A stretch of 37,166 bases of DNA from positions 1-37,166 of the forward strand of contig CAZDXJ010000017.1 of the NCBI GenBank assembly GCA_964509475.1. The letters are read 5' to 3'. Origin of the DNA: an uncultured Methylococcaceae bacterium. Lineage in GTDB: Bacteria; Pseudomonadota; Gammaproteobacteria; Methylococcales; Methylomonadaceae. The translations under genes were made by a program, and so were the position numbers. This document shows positions 19,883-30,130 of this stretch, in pieces. Position 1 is the first letter of the stretch. The number at the start of each line of letters is the position of its first letter. The notes under the pieces were generated by a model. That model was not told where the DNA came from, made no database searches, and worked only from the letters and a program-made list of their open reading frames with translations.

Positions 19883-20389
19883 AAGGATAGTATTGTAAAA
19901 AAGCACTTCCATTGCTGGATCGGTAGATACCATCTCTCCATGTCAATCGCAAGATGGAAATTATCCAATTTGCGGTTGATAGGGGACTTGGTGTTTTAAA
20001 ACTTTAGTTTGGAAAAACACGAAACGACGAGAAATTTTTCGGTTTTTTCCGTAAAACGCCTTTGTCTGACCGTAAAAATGAGAAACGACAGGAAACCGAT
20101 CGGGACATGCTGATGCGAATCGGTAAAAAGTTTGCCGTGCTTTATTTTGTTGTTTTCATGTTTGATTCACTGCTTGATTGGTCGTTGGCTTTACTTGATA
20201 ATTGCTCAAGTTAGTTCATCTGCTCATCGAAATTTGTGAGGAATTGACTGAGCTGATTATGGAGTATGCCTTGCATACCAGTCATCATCAAAGCGAAACA
20301 ATCCTTTTTAATGCTGTTTGTCTGGCTAAAATACAAACGGGCAAGGTTTTCTACTGGAGAGATTTATCTTTGCAGCAAAGGGTAAACTG

Positions 20390-20998
20390 TTGCTGCGTGC
20401 CGCCAAGGAGCGTGTCATGCAGGCGGGTGTCAGCGATCCCATCTGTAGTCAACGGCATGGGGGGCTGATTGAATCGTTGGTCGAATTGGAAGAGAGCATC
20501 TGGGTGTTGGTCCTTGGCTTGCGGGGTCAGATCCATGATCGGAAAACGGGACAGATCGGTGCCAAACTGGAAGCAATCATTCGTTCATTACATCGGCCTA
20601 TTTTGGTCATCAATGATCGCTTCAAGTTTCCAGAGCGGATGATGATTGCTTATGATGGCGGCAAGGCGGCGGATAAAGCTGTGGAGATGATTGCAGCGAG
20701 CGCGCTTTATGTCGGTATGGACTGCCATTTGGTTTGTGTCAATGACAAAGAAAAAATTGCTGCCGCACTGCTTGAAAAGGCACATGACAAATTGCTGGTG
20801 TCCGGGGATATTAAGGTCACTGCGGTAACCTTGAAAGGTGATCCTGAGCGTGTGCTGTGTGAGTACCAGCAACAACATGATATCGATTTGACGGTTATGG
20901 GGGCATTCAGTTACACCCGCCTGCATGATATGCTGCTCGGTAGTTTTACCCACAAAATGCTGCTCAATACCAAAAAACCTTTGCTGCTGCTCAGGTAA
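20390..20998 (+). CDS. Universal stress protein, tandem (UspE-like). It has an intact C-terminal Usp domain plus the C-terminal half of a first Usp domain. The N-terminus appears truncated or frameshifted, so it may be a pseudogene.
   Basis: The second domain MMIAYDGGKAADKAVEMIA...VMGAFSYTRLHDMLLGSFTHKMLLNTKKPLLLL is canonical Usp. The first 83 codons (GLIESLVELEESIWVLVLGLRG...PILVIND) look like the end of a preceding Usp domain. The in-frame ORF begins only at a TTG, just after a stop. Confidence 0.6.
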   Translation: MLRAAKERVMQAGVSDPICSQRHGGLIESLVELEESIWVLVLGLRGQIHDRKTGQIGAKLEAIIRSLHRPILVINDRFKFPERMMIAYDGGKAADKAVEMIAASALYVGMDCHLVCVNDKEKIAAALLEKAHDKLLVSGDIKVTAVTLKGDPERVLCEYQQQHDIDLTVMGAFSYTRLHDMLLGSFTHKMLLNTKKPLLLLR

Positions 20999-21034
20999 TC
21001 AAATAGCGTTCAACAGGATGAACGGCAGGCAGAA

Positions 21035-21817
21035 TTATTCCGACCAGTTGATTTCTTTAGCGGTTTCCGGGCCGATGATGCATTCGCTCAAACTCGCAGG
21101 CATACGCGATCTATGGGGCGACAAAGGGATATAACCCCCCATTATCTCGGCCTTTTGTTGTGGATACAGAGGAGATTGTTCAGGAACTGCATAACCCTCA
21201 GGGTAAACGGGTTGGCCATTGGCATCGTATTTATCAGTTGCGCCGACGGTATGCAGGAACTCGTGGGTAATCACGATGTTGTTTTGTGCTTCCTGGGATT
21301 TTGAAGCAAATGCATGCACGATGGCTAACAGTCCTTTTGCCAGACCGAGTGAGTGTTGCAAGGTTCGGTTGGGTAATGTTTCATGGTATAGCACAAAGAT
21401 ACGAACACGGTGATGATAAGAGTCGTCGCCAGGCGTATTCCAATAAGCCCAATAACGGAATCTGAGCGTCCACCAGGCAATGGCAACGAAATTGGTGCCG
21501 CTTGCCGGGGGTGTGGGTGGTTTTGTTTTGATGATATCACCAAGATGGACTTGGGTCGGCTGACTGGTGATTATCGAATAATTGCGGCTTTGTTTTTGCA
21601 TAAAACCATCGATGGCTTGAAATGCACTGACCTCCAACTGTTCAATATAATCTTCGACAATTGGATTGTCGTCACTGTTGATTGGAAAAACGACAATGTG
21701 CAGGGGTTCGCTCCAGGAGCGGCTTTTGAGTTTTTGGATTTTTGTGTAAAAGGCAACGGTTGCCAGTAAAAGCAATAACAGAAAAATCCGTATGAGTTGA
21801 AATAAATCGAGTTTCAT
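21035..21817 (-). CDS. Membrane-anchored putative zinc metallopeptidase (HEFLHTVGATD = HExxHxxGxxD metzincin-like motif), family unknown.
   Basis: 260 aa. N-terminal TM helix LIRIFLLLLLLATVAFY. Motif ITHEFLHTVGATDKYD. The start ATG overlaps the JAMM gene stop (ATGA). Confidence 0.5.
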   Translation of the reverse strand: MKLDLFQLIRIFLLLLLLATVAFYTKIQKLKSRSWSEPLHIVVFPINSDDNPIVEDYIEQLEVSAFQAIDGFMQKQSRNYSIITSQPTQVHLGDIIKTKPPTPPASGTNFVAIAWWTLRFRYWAYWNTPGDDSYHHRVRIFVLYHETLPNRTLQHSLGLAKGLLAIVHAFASKSQEAQNNIVITHEFLHTVGATDKYDANGQPVYPEGYAVPEQSPLYPQQKAEIMGGYIPLSPHRSRMPASLSECIIGPETAKEINWSE

Positions 21818-22236
21818 GTGCCGTTTGTCAGGCAGAGCGTGACTTCCTGTATTTTAGCGTCAACAATTCTGAAGCCGCGCAGTTGCAGAACACCTTTGGT
21901 GTTTAACGAGATGATCAGGTACAGGGCGTCGGAGTAAGCCGCCATTTCCAGATCGGTTCGTGAAGGTATCGCCGGAGCCGATGGGTGGGAGTGGTAAATC
22001 GCGAACAGTTGTTCACCGCGTTGACGCATTGTCGCCATGGCGGCAATTTGTTGTTTGGCATCCAGCAGAAATCGTTGTTCGGGTTGATCAGCCACATTGT
22101 CAATGGGATAACAATGGCTTGGCCTGTTGTCCCGGCCGCCAATCAAACCGCAAATTTCCTGTTCCGGGGATATTTGGGCAAGATGCAGCAGTTGATTGGT
22201 GATTTGGCGGGGAATTTGTATTTCTTCAGGCTTCAT
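21814..22236 (-). CDS. JAMM/MPN+ (Mov34) family metalloisopeptidase-like protein.
   Basis: 140 aa. E...HSHPSAPAIPSRTD fits the JAMM motif E-x(n)-H-S-H-x7-S-xx-D. It sits 6 nt downstream of the prmC stop. Confidence 0.75.
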   Translation of the reverse strand: MKPEEIQIPRQITNQLLHLAQISPEQEICGLIGGRDNRPSHCYPIDNVADQPEQRFLLDAKQQIAAMATMRQRGEQLFAIYHSHPSAPAIPSRTDLEMAAYSDALYLIISLNTKGVLQLRGFRIVDAKIQEVTLCLTNGT

Positions 22237-22242
22237 ATCAAG

Positions 22243-23088
22243 TTATCCGGGTTGGGCGAGAGTTATGCGGGGCAGTCCCGACAGATCGGTAAATGTTTCG
22301 ATTTTTCGGTAATTATAGCTTTTAAAAATTTCTTGTACTTGTTGTTCCTGATCGTAGCCGTGTTCCAATAACAGCCAACCATTGGTTTTGATGTGTTTTC
22401 TGGCGCTGTCCGCGATGCGGGTAATGTCTGCCAGGCCTTGCGGGCCGGCAAGCAGTGCACTATTGGGTTCAAAGCGCACATCGCCCTGTTGCAGATGCGG
22501 ATCGTTTTCAGCAATGTAGGGCGGATTACTGACTACAATGTCATAGACGGTTCCAGCCAGTTGTTCGAACCAGAAACTGTGCTGAAACCGGATGTTATGG
22601 GCCTGGTGCCGCTGCGCGTTTTGTTGGGCGATATGCAGGGCAGCGAGACTGGAATCGGTCGCAGTGACCTGGATGGCGGGACGTTCCACGGCCAAGGTCA
22701 CGGCAATAGCACCGCTTCCCGTACCCAAATCGATGACGTGTAATGCTGAGGATGAGTGTTTGGGAATACGCGCCAGGGTCAGTTCAACCAGTTGTTCAGT
22801 TTCCGGTCTGGGGATTAAGACATCAGGCGTTACGATAAAGTCCCTGGACCAGAATTCGCGTTCACCCATCAAATAAGCGATAGGTGTCCCCCGGGCGCGT
22901 TGTTCCAGTAAATTCCAAAAATGTGTGCATTGGTTGGAAGTAAGCATTTTGTTTGGCCAAGCCCTTAAATAAGAGCGCTGTTTCTGTAATACAAAACTCA
23001 TCAATACTTCCGCATCCAGAGCGGGGGATGGGGATGTTATTTGCAACAGAGTACTGGCCTGTCTGACAATACGGTCGATGGAATTCAT
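22243..23088 (-). CDS. prmC: Release factor glutamine N5-methyltransferase PrmC (HemK).
   Basis: 281 aa. IDLGTGSGAIA SAM-binding motif and VVSNPPYI catalytic motif, colinear with E. coli PrmC. Confidence 0.9.
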   Translation of the reverse strand: MNSIDRIVRQASTLLQITSPSPALDAEVLMSFVLQKQRSYLRAWPNKMLTSNQCTHFWNLLEQRARGTPIAYLMGEREFWSRDFIVTPDVLIPRPETEQLVELTLARIPKHSSSALHVIDLGTGSGAIAVTLAVERPAIQVTATDSSLAALHIAQQNAQRHQAHNIRFQHSFWFEQLAGTVYDIVVSNPPYIAENDPHLQQGDVRFEPNSALLAGPQGLADITRIADSARKHIKTNGWLLLEHGYDQEQQVQEIFKSYNYRKIETFTDLSGLPRITLAQPG

Positions 23089-23090
23089 GG

Positions 23091-25172
23091 TTAAAGCAGT
23101 GGAATGATGAGCAGGGCTACGATATTGATGATTTTAATCATCGGATTGATGGCGGGACCGGCCGTATCCTTGTAGGGATCGCCGACGGTATCGCCGGTTA
23201 CCGAAGCGATGTGGGCATGGGAACCTTTACCGCCGTAATGCCCGTCTTCGATATATTTTTTAGCGTTGTCCCAGGCGCCACCGCCGGCGGTCATTGAAAT
23301 CGCCACGAACAAGCCGGTAAGGATCGAGCCGATCAAGACACCACCCAAAGCTTCTTTGCCCAGAGTCAAGCCCACTATCAAAGGTACGAGAACCGGTAAC
23401 AAGGAGGGCAAAACCATTTTTTTAATCGCTTCCAGGGTCAACAGATCAACCGCCTTGGAGTAATCCGGTTTACTGGAATAATCCATGATTCCGGGAATTT
23501 CCCGGAACTGGCGCCGAACCTCGTTGACGATATCGCTGGCGGCATGACCCACGGCTTGCATGGCCAGTGCGCTAAACAAATAGGGGATCAATCCACCCAG
23601 GAACAGACCGATAATGACCCGGTGGTCGGAAAGATCGAAGCGGACTTCGGCGTTCAGGTTGTGGGTGTAATCGGCGAACAAGACCAATGCGGCCAAGCCG
23701 GCCGAGCCAATGGCATAACCTTTGGTCACGGCTTTGGTGGTATTGCCGACCGCATCCAGCGGATCGGTGATATCACGAATTTTTTTGGGTAAATTCGCCA
23801 TTTCGGCGATACCACCGGCGTTGTCGGTAATGGGGCCATAGGCATCCAGCGCGACAATCATCCCGGTCATCGATAACATCGATGTGGCGGCAATGGCGAT
23901 GCCGAACAGTCCCGCCAATTCGTGAGCGCTCCAGATACTGGCACAAATAACGATAACCGGCGCTGCCGTTGACTGCATGGATATACTCAGACCGGCAATG
24001 ACGTTGGTGGCATCACCGGTTGTCGAGGCTTCGGCAATATCGTGAACCGGAGCGTAGCGGGTTGAGGTGTAATACTCCGTTATGCCGACCAGGGCAGCCG
24101 TCAACAGCAGTCCGATGAGTGCGGAAAGGTACAGCCGGTTGGCGGTGACAATTTGATTGTCAATGATAAAATCATCATCCAGCAATAGCCGGGTGGCCGG
24201 GTAAAACAACAGGGCCGCAAGCCCTGCGGACAGGATGACACCTTTATACAGAGCCGCCATGATATGCCCTTGTTTGGCCCTGACAAACCAGGCGCCAATG
24301 ATTGAGGTGATGATGGAAATGCCACCGAGAATCAATGGATATACGATTAAGGTATGGGCGATGTCGGCAACCATCAAATTGGCCAATAACATCGTTGCCA
24401 CCAGGGTTACCGCATAGGTTTCAAACAGATCGGCGGCCATGCCGGCGCAATCGCCTACATTGTCGCCAACGTTATCGGCGATTACCGCCGGGTTACGCGG
24501 ATCGTCTTCCGGAATGCCGGCTTCGATTTTGCCGACAATATCGGCGCCAACGTCCGCGCCTTTGGTAAATATGCCACCGCCCAGACGCGCGAAAATCGAT
24601 ATCAACGAGCCGCCAAACGCCAGGCCGATTAAGGCATGCAAAGGCTCATTGACAGCAAGCAACAGCAACAGGGCGTAATAGCCCGAAACACCGAGCAGAC
24701 CGAGACCCACAACCATGAGGCCGGTGATGGCACCGCCGCGGAATGCGACCAGAAAGGCCGCTTCCATGCCATCGTAAGCGGCCTGGGCGGTACGGGAATT
24801 GGCTTGCACGGAAATATTCATGCCGATATAACCCGCCAGCCCTGAACACAGAGCGCCAATGGCAAAACCAACGGCCGTTCCCCGGTCCAGAAGAAAACCA
24901 ATGAGCAAAAACAGCGTGACACCGACATAACTGATGACGGTGTACTGACGTTTTAGATAAGCCCGCGCCCCTTCCTGGATAGCACTGGCGATTGCTCGCA
25001 TTTTTTCATTGCCTTGTGGTTGTGCCTTGATCCACTGAATCGAGTGGATACTGTAAAAAATAGCGAAAAGGGATGCAAAAATGGCGAAGGCAATATTCCA
25101 GGCCAGGCAAAGGCCAATGGAATCAAATGGGAGGTATTGTGATAGTGCTGTTTTTATGTCATCGAACATCAA
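23091..25172 (-). CDS. hppA: Membrane-bound proton-translocating pyrophosphatase (H+-PPase, HppA).
   Basis: 693 aa, polytopic. [18 protein letters not shown] and [16 protein letters not shown] signature motifs. Its stop is 2 nt before the prmC ATG. Confidence 0.9.
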   Translation of the reverse strand: MMFDDIKTALSQYLPFDSIGLCLAWNIAFAIFASLFAIFYSIHSIQWIKAQPQGNEKMRAIASAIQEGARAYLKRQYTVISYVGVTLFLLIGFLLDRGTAVGFAIGALCSGLAGYIGMNISVQANSRTAQAAYDGMEAAFLVAFRGGAITGLMVVGLGLLGVSGYYALLLLLAVNEPLHALIGLAFGGSLISIFARLGGGIFTKGADVGADIVGKIEAGIPEDDPRNPAVIADNVGDNVGDCAGMAADLFETYAVTLVATMLLANLMVADIAHTLIVYPLILGGISIITSIIGAWFVRAKQGHIMAALYKGVILSAGLAALLFYPATRLLLDDDFIIDNQIVTANRLYLSALIGLLLTAALVGITEYYTSTRYAPVHDIAEASTTGDATNVIAGLSISMQSTAAPVIVICASIWSAHELAGLFGIAIAATSMLSMTGMIVALDAYGPITDNAGGIAEMANLPKKIRDITDPLDAVGNTTKAVTKGYAIGSAGLAALVLFADYTHNLNAEVRFDLSDHRVIIGLFLGGLIPYLFSALAMQAVGHAASDIVNEVRRQFREIPGIMDYSSKPDYSKAVDLLTLEAIKKMVLPSLLPVLVPLIVGLTLGKEALGGVLIGSILTGLFVAISMTAGGGAWDNAKKYIEDGHYGGKGSHAHIASVTGDTVGDPYKDTAGPAINPMIKIINIVALLIIPLL

Positions 25173-25260
25173 TTACCCTCTTTAAAGTCATGAAATAACA
25201 AACGAATGGTGTGGCGCAATTTTGGGTATATCGTTCCGGCATAACCGAATTCCGATTTTA

Positions 25261-25522
25261 TAGCTTTAACAATAACAAAATCCATCAGGAAATGAATATA
25301 CTCCGCTTCCTGCCCTACAGAGCTGAACCACGGATGGACACAGATGACACGGATTTATTAAACCTGAATTATCCGTGTTTATCCGTGGTTCCTACAATAG
25401 GAACACGGTATTTTGTAGGGTCGATCACCTGCTTGGTGGAAGACAGGAGCGCAGTGGATCGGCCAGCGGCCTGGAACGTCATTTCGTTGCCCTTTAACAA
25501 TAACAAAATCCATCAGGAAATG
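25261..25522. repeat. Perfect 34-bp direct repeats (TTTAACAATAACAAAATCCATCAGGAAATGAATA, at 25261-25294 and 25489-25522) flanking a hairpin-rich 194-bp segment in the hppA/ilvI divergent intergenic region.
   Basis: The two copies are identical when read directly. The enclosed segment contains nested inverted repeats (gaaccacggat...atccgtggttc; acacggat...atccgtgt; cctacaa...ttgtagg). Confidence 0.8.
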
Positions 25523-25547
25523 AATAAGCTATAAAATTACCCGGAAA

Positions 25548-25576
25548 TTTCTTGACCTGACCCATTAAACCCAGTA
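25548..25576 (+). promoter_or_regulatory. Candidate sigma70 promoter for the ilv operon: TTGACC, a 17-nt spacer, then TAGTTT.
   Basis: Sequence-pattern match only, ~110 nt upstream of the ilvI start. Confidence 0.25.
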
Positions 25577-25685
25577 GTTTATTGAGTCCTTTTTCAAACA
25601 CAAAAAGGATTTAAACCGATGCTCAGGTTTATCTTTGGGTGAATATGGCTGAAACAGCCAGCGATCAGTTATTGAGGTGGTTATT

Positions 25686-27416
25686 GTGGAGCTCAGTGGG
25701 GCGGAAATCGTAGTCCAGAGTCTGAAAGACGAAGGCGTTGAGTTTATCTTTGGTTATCCGGGTGGCGCCGTATTGCATATGTATGATGCGCTGTATAACC
25801 AGGAAGATGTGAAGCATATATTGGTTCGGCATGAACAAGCGGCAACCCATGCCGCCGATGGTTATGCGCGTGCAACCGGTAAGCCGGGTGTTGTACTGGT
25901 GACTTCCGGTCCCGGAGCGACCAACGCTGTGACCGGGATTGCGACGGCATTTTATGACTCGATTCCGATGGTGGTTATTTCCGGTCAGGTTCCTTCCGCG
26001 GTCATTGGCAGTGACGCGTTTCAGGAAGTCGATATGGTGGGGATCACCCGGCCTTGCGTCAAACATAATTTTTTGGTCAAGCAAGCGGCTGATATTGCTA
26101 TCACGATAAAAAAGGCGTTCCATATTGCCACGACAGGCCGGCCCGGGCCGGTCGTCGTTGATATACCAAAAGATGTGACCGATCCGAATGTAAAAGTCCC
26201 TTATAAATATCCACGCAAGGTTTCAATCCGTTCGTACAACCCGGTGGTCAAGGGGCACCGGGGGCAGACCAAAAAAGCCGTGGACATGTTGTTGGCTGCG
26301 CATAAACCCATGCTTTATGCCGGTGGCGGCGTGATTTTGGGTGATGCGTCGAAACAACTGACCGAACTGGCACATGTTTTGGGGTACCCTGTTACCAATA
26401 CCCTGATGGGGCTGGGCGGTTTTCCCGGTACGGATGCCCAATTTGTCGGTATGCTGGGTATGCATGGCACTTATGAAGCCAATATGGCGATGCACGAATG
26501 TGATGTGCTTTTGGCTATCGGTGCGCGGTTTGATGATCGGGTTACCGGCAAACTGAGTGAGTTTTGTCCTTATGCCAAAGTGATTCATATCGACATCGAT
26601 CCGGCTTCGATTGCCAAAAATGTGCATGTGAACATACCGATTGTCGGTGAAGTCAAGCCGGTGTTGAAAGAAATGCTGGCTGTGATCAAGGAAAGCGAAC
26701 GCAAGCCGAATCAAAAGGCTTTGCAAACCTGGTGGAATCAAATCGACAAATGGCGCAGTATCCAGTGCCTGAATTATGATCACAACAGCCGGTTGATAAA
26801 ACCGCAATATGTTATCGAGCAATTGAGTGAAGTGACGCATGGTGATGCCTACGTGACTTCCGATGTGGGTCAGCACCAAATGTGGGCGGCACAATATTAT
26901 AAATTTAACAAGCCGAGACGCTGGATTAACTCCGGTGGCCTGGGTACGATGGGATTTGGTTTGCCGGCGGCGATTGGCGTCAAACTGGCGTTTCCGGATG
27001 CCGATGTCGCTTGCGTTACCGGTGAGGGCAGTATTCAGATGTGCATCCAGGAACTGGCCACAGCGATGCAATACAATGCGCCGATCAAGATCATCAATCT
27101 CAATAACCGTTATCTGGGCATGGTTCGGCAATGGCAGGAATTTACCTATGAAAGTCGTTATTCGCATTCTTATATGGATTCAATTCCGGATTTTGTCAAA
27201 TTGACTGAAGCCTACGGTCATGTGGGTATGCAGATTGATTCGCCCGCTCAGGTCAGACCGGCTTTGGAAGAGGCGTTTGCGATGCACGACCGCCTGGTTT
27301 TTTTGGATATTTTAACGGATCGTTCGGAGAATGTTTATCCGATGATTGAAGCGGGAAAAGCGCATAATGATATGAAACTGGCGCCTGGAACGCCAATAGA
27401 CAGGGAGTTGGCCTGA
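25686..27416 (+). CDS. ilvI: Acetolactate synthase (acetohydroxy-acid synthase) large subunit.
   Basis: The GTG at 25686 gives [27 protein letters not shown]..., the canonical IlvI/IlvB N-terminus, with GAGGTG 5 nt upstream. It has a ThDP motif GDG-x24-NN region. The track start GTG 25677 is the alternative. Confidence 0.9.
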   Translation: MELSGAEIVVQSLKDEGVEFIFGYPGGAVLHMYDALYNQEDVKHILVRHEQAATHAADGYARATGKPGVVLVTSGPGATNAVTGIATAFYDSIPMVVISGQVPSAVIGSDAFQEVDMVGITRPCVKHNFLVKQAADIAITIKKAFHIATTGRPGPVVVDIPKDVTDPNVKVPYKYPRKVSIRSYNPVVKGHRGQTKKAVDMLLAAHKPMLYAGGGVILGDASKQLTELAHVLGYPVTNTLMGLGGFPGTDAQFVGMLGMHGTYEANMAMHECDVLLAIGARFDDRVTGKLSEFCPYAKVIHIDIDPASIAKNVHVNIPIVGEVKPVLKEMLAVIKESERKPNQKALQTWWNQIDKWRSIQCLNYDHNSRLIKPQYVIEQLSEVTHGDAYVTSDVGQHQMWAAQYYKFNKPRRWINSGGLGTMGFGLPAAIGVKLAFPDADVACVTGEGSIQMCIQELATAMQYNAPIKIINLNNRYLGMVRQWQEFTYESRYSHSYMDSIPDFVKLTEAYGHVGMQIDSPAQVRPALEEAFAMHDRLVFLDILTDRSENVYPMIEAGKAHNDMKLAPGTPIDRELA

Positions 27417-27907
27417 TGAGACATATTATTTCCATATTGATTGAAAACGAATCCGGGGCGCTTTCCCGGGTCGCCGGCTTGTTTTCAGCGCGGGGCTACA
27501 ATATTGAATCGTTGACCGTTGCAGTCACCGAAGATCCCAGTTTGTCGCGGATGACCCTGGTTACCCGGGGTAATGATCGGATCATTGAACAGATTACCAA
27601 GCAACTGAACAAGTTAATCGATGTCGTCAAATTGATCGACTTGGTGGATGCATCCCATATCGAGCGTGAATTGATGATGGTCAAGATCAGAACCACAGAG
27701 ACGACGCGCGAGGAAATCAAGCGCATGGCGGATATCTTTCGTGGCCGGGTCATCGATGTGACCAAAAACAGTTATGTGATCGAGATTACCGGCGACTCGG
27801 AAAAACTGGATGCGTTCATTGCAGCACTGGATGCGGCAAGTATTATCGAAGTGGTGCGTTCCGGCACGACGGGTATTTCGCGGGGTGAAAAAGGATTACA
27901 TATTTAG
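27416..27907 (+). CDS. ilvH: Acetolactate synthase small (regulatory) subunit.
   Basis: [35 protein letters not shown] is the ACT domain typical of IlvH/IlvN. ATGA overlap with the large-subunit stop. Confidence 0.9.
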   Translation: MRHIISILIENESGALSRVAGLFSARGYNIESLTVAVTEDPSLSRMTLVTRGNDRIIEQITKQLNKLIDVVKLIDLVDASHIERELMMVKIRTTETTREEIKRMADIFRGRVIDVTKNSYVIEITGDSEKLDAFIAALDAASIIEVVRSGTTGISRGEKGLHI

Positions 27908-27928
27908 GTATAATACAAAAAGCTGTAG

Positions 27929-29050
<1,122 letters not shown>

Positions 29051-29075
29051 TGGTTTTTTTGGTTTGTTGTTATTG

Positions 29076-29110
29076 AAAAAGCCCGTTGATAAAAACGGGC
29101 TTTTTTATTT
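29076..29110 (+). terminator. Rho-independent terminator after ilvC (AAAAAGCCCGTtgataaaaACGGGCTTTTTTATTT).
   Basis: 6-bp GC-rich stem GCCCGT/ACGGGC with a 7-nt loop, followed by a T-run. The A-run upstream suggests it is bidirectional. Confidence 0.75.
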
Positions 29111-29154
29111 GGTATACAATTAAGGGCTGTAATTTCCAAAAAGATGCTTTGAAT

Positions 29155-29895
29155 ATGACGAACAAAAAAGCAATGATGCGGCGGCGGGGTATTTATCTGT
29201 TGCCCAACCTGTTTACGACCGGAGCCTTGTTTTCCGGATTTTATGCAATTACTTCGGCGATAGACGGGCGTTTTGAAACCGCCGCCATTGCGATATTTGT
29301 CGCCATGATCCTGGATGGGCTGGACGGGCGGGTAGCACGTTTGACCAATACCCAAAGTGAATTCGGCGTTGAATACGACAGTTTGTCGGATATGATTTCG
29401 TTTGCCGCAGCGCCTGCCCTGGTTATGTATTTATGGGCTTTTTCATCATTTGGCAAACTTGGCTTGTTCGCGGCATTTGTACACGCCGCCGGTGGTGCCT
29501 TGCGTCTGGCTCGTTTCAATACCCAAGTGGCCACGGCCGACAAACGGTTTTTTCAAGGCCTGCCAAGCCCCGCTGCGGCGGCAATTCTGGCCGGATTTAT
29601 CTGGATTAATCTGGAATACGATTATCAGGCCGATGCGGTGCAATACATTGCCCTGTTATTGACTCTGAGTACCGGTTTGTTGATGGTCAGTAATTTTCGT
29701 TATTACAGTTTCAAGGATATTGATTTCAGAGGCAAGGTGCCCTTTGTGGTTGCGATTGCCGTGATGCTGGGTATCGCTTTTGTCATGACCCAGCCGCAGA
29801 CGATGTTGTTTGTGCTTTCTTTCGGTTATCTGGTGTCCGGGCCTCTGGTAACCCTGGTTCTGCGCCGCCGTAAACGCTTGTCGAGAAAAATATAA
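29155..29895 (+). CDS. pssA: CDP-diacylglycerol--serine O-phosphatidyltransferase (phosphatidylserine synthase, CDP-alcohol phosphatidyltransferase class).
   Basis: DGLDGRVARLTNTQSEFGVEYDSLSD matches the CDP-OH transferase motif D-G-x2-A-R-x8-G-x3-D-x3-D. Multiple TM segments. Start taken at ATG 29155 (MTNKKAMMRRRGIYLLPNLFT). Confidence 0.85.
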   Translation: MTNKKAMMRRRGIYLLPNLFTTGALFSGFYAITSAIDGRFETAAIAIFVAMILDGLDGRVARLTNTQSEFGVEYDSLSDMISFAAAPALVMYLWAFSSFGKLGLFAAFVHAAGGALRLARFNTQVATADKRFFQGLPSPAAAAILAGFIWINLEYDYQADAVQYIALLLTLSTGLLMVSNFRYYSFKDIDFRGKVPFVVAIAVMLGIAFVMTQPQTMLFVLSFGYLVSGPLVTLVLRRRKRLSRKI

Positions 29896-30130
29896 ACAGG
29901 ACTTGAGTGTCGTTTGTCTTTAGCGTATATTCTGCCTATGAGAAGACATACTCCAAATACGTCCAGACACTCTATGATGCTTTGCCTTGGCACGGGTGGG
30001 TGGACGATCTTATCGAACCGGCTTCTGGAATTATTGCCCAGACGGGCATAAATTCCACCCTTCCTTATAATTTCCCTTTTTGTTTAGCCTGCTTTGTCAA
30101 GCTGGGCTTATCTCCATGAATGGAGCTCCG

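Noticed and set aside
25211-25534. A 107-aa ORF spanning the hppA-ilvI intergenic region (contains ...SFNNNKIHQEMN... twice).
   Set aside because: It exists only because it reads through both copies of the 34-bp direct repeat. It has no Shine-Dalgarno sequence and low-complexity composition, and it overlaps strong DNA secondary structure. The repeated peptide is an artefact of the DNA repeat.
25300-25680. A possible ilv leader-peptide attenuator upstream of ilvI.
   Set aside because: No short ORF rich in Val/Leu/Ile codons, followed by a terminator/antiterminator pair, is present. The hairpins here lie inside the direct-repeat-bracketed segment rather than adjacent to the ilvI start.
29896-30130. 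A possible leu leader peptide between pssA and leuA.
   Set aside because: The only ORF (29907-30119) lacks consecutive Leu codons and a downstream terminator. It is probably an ordinary intergenic region.
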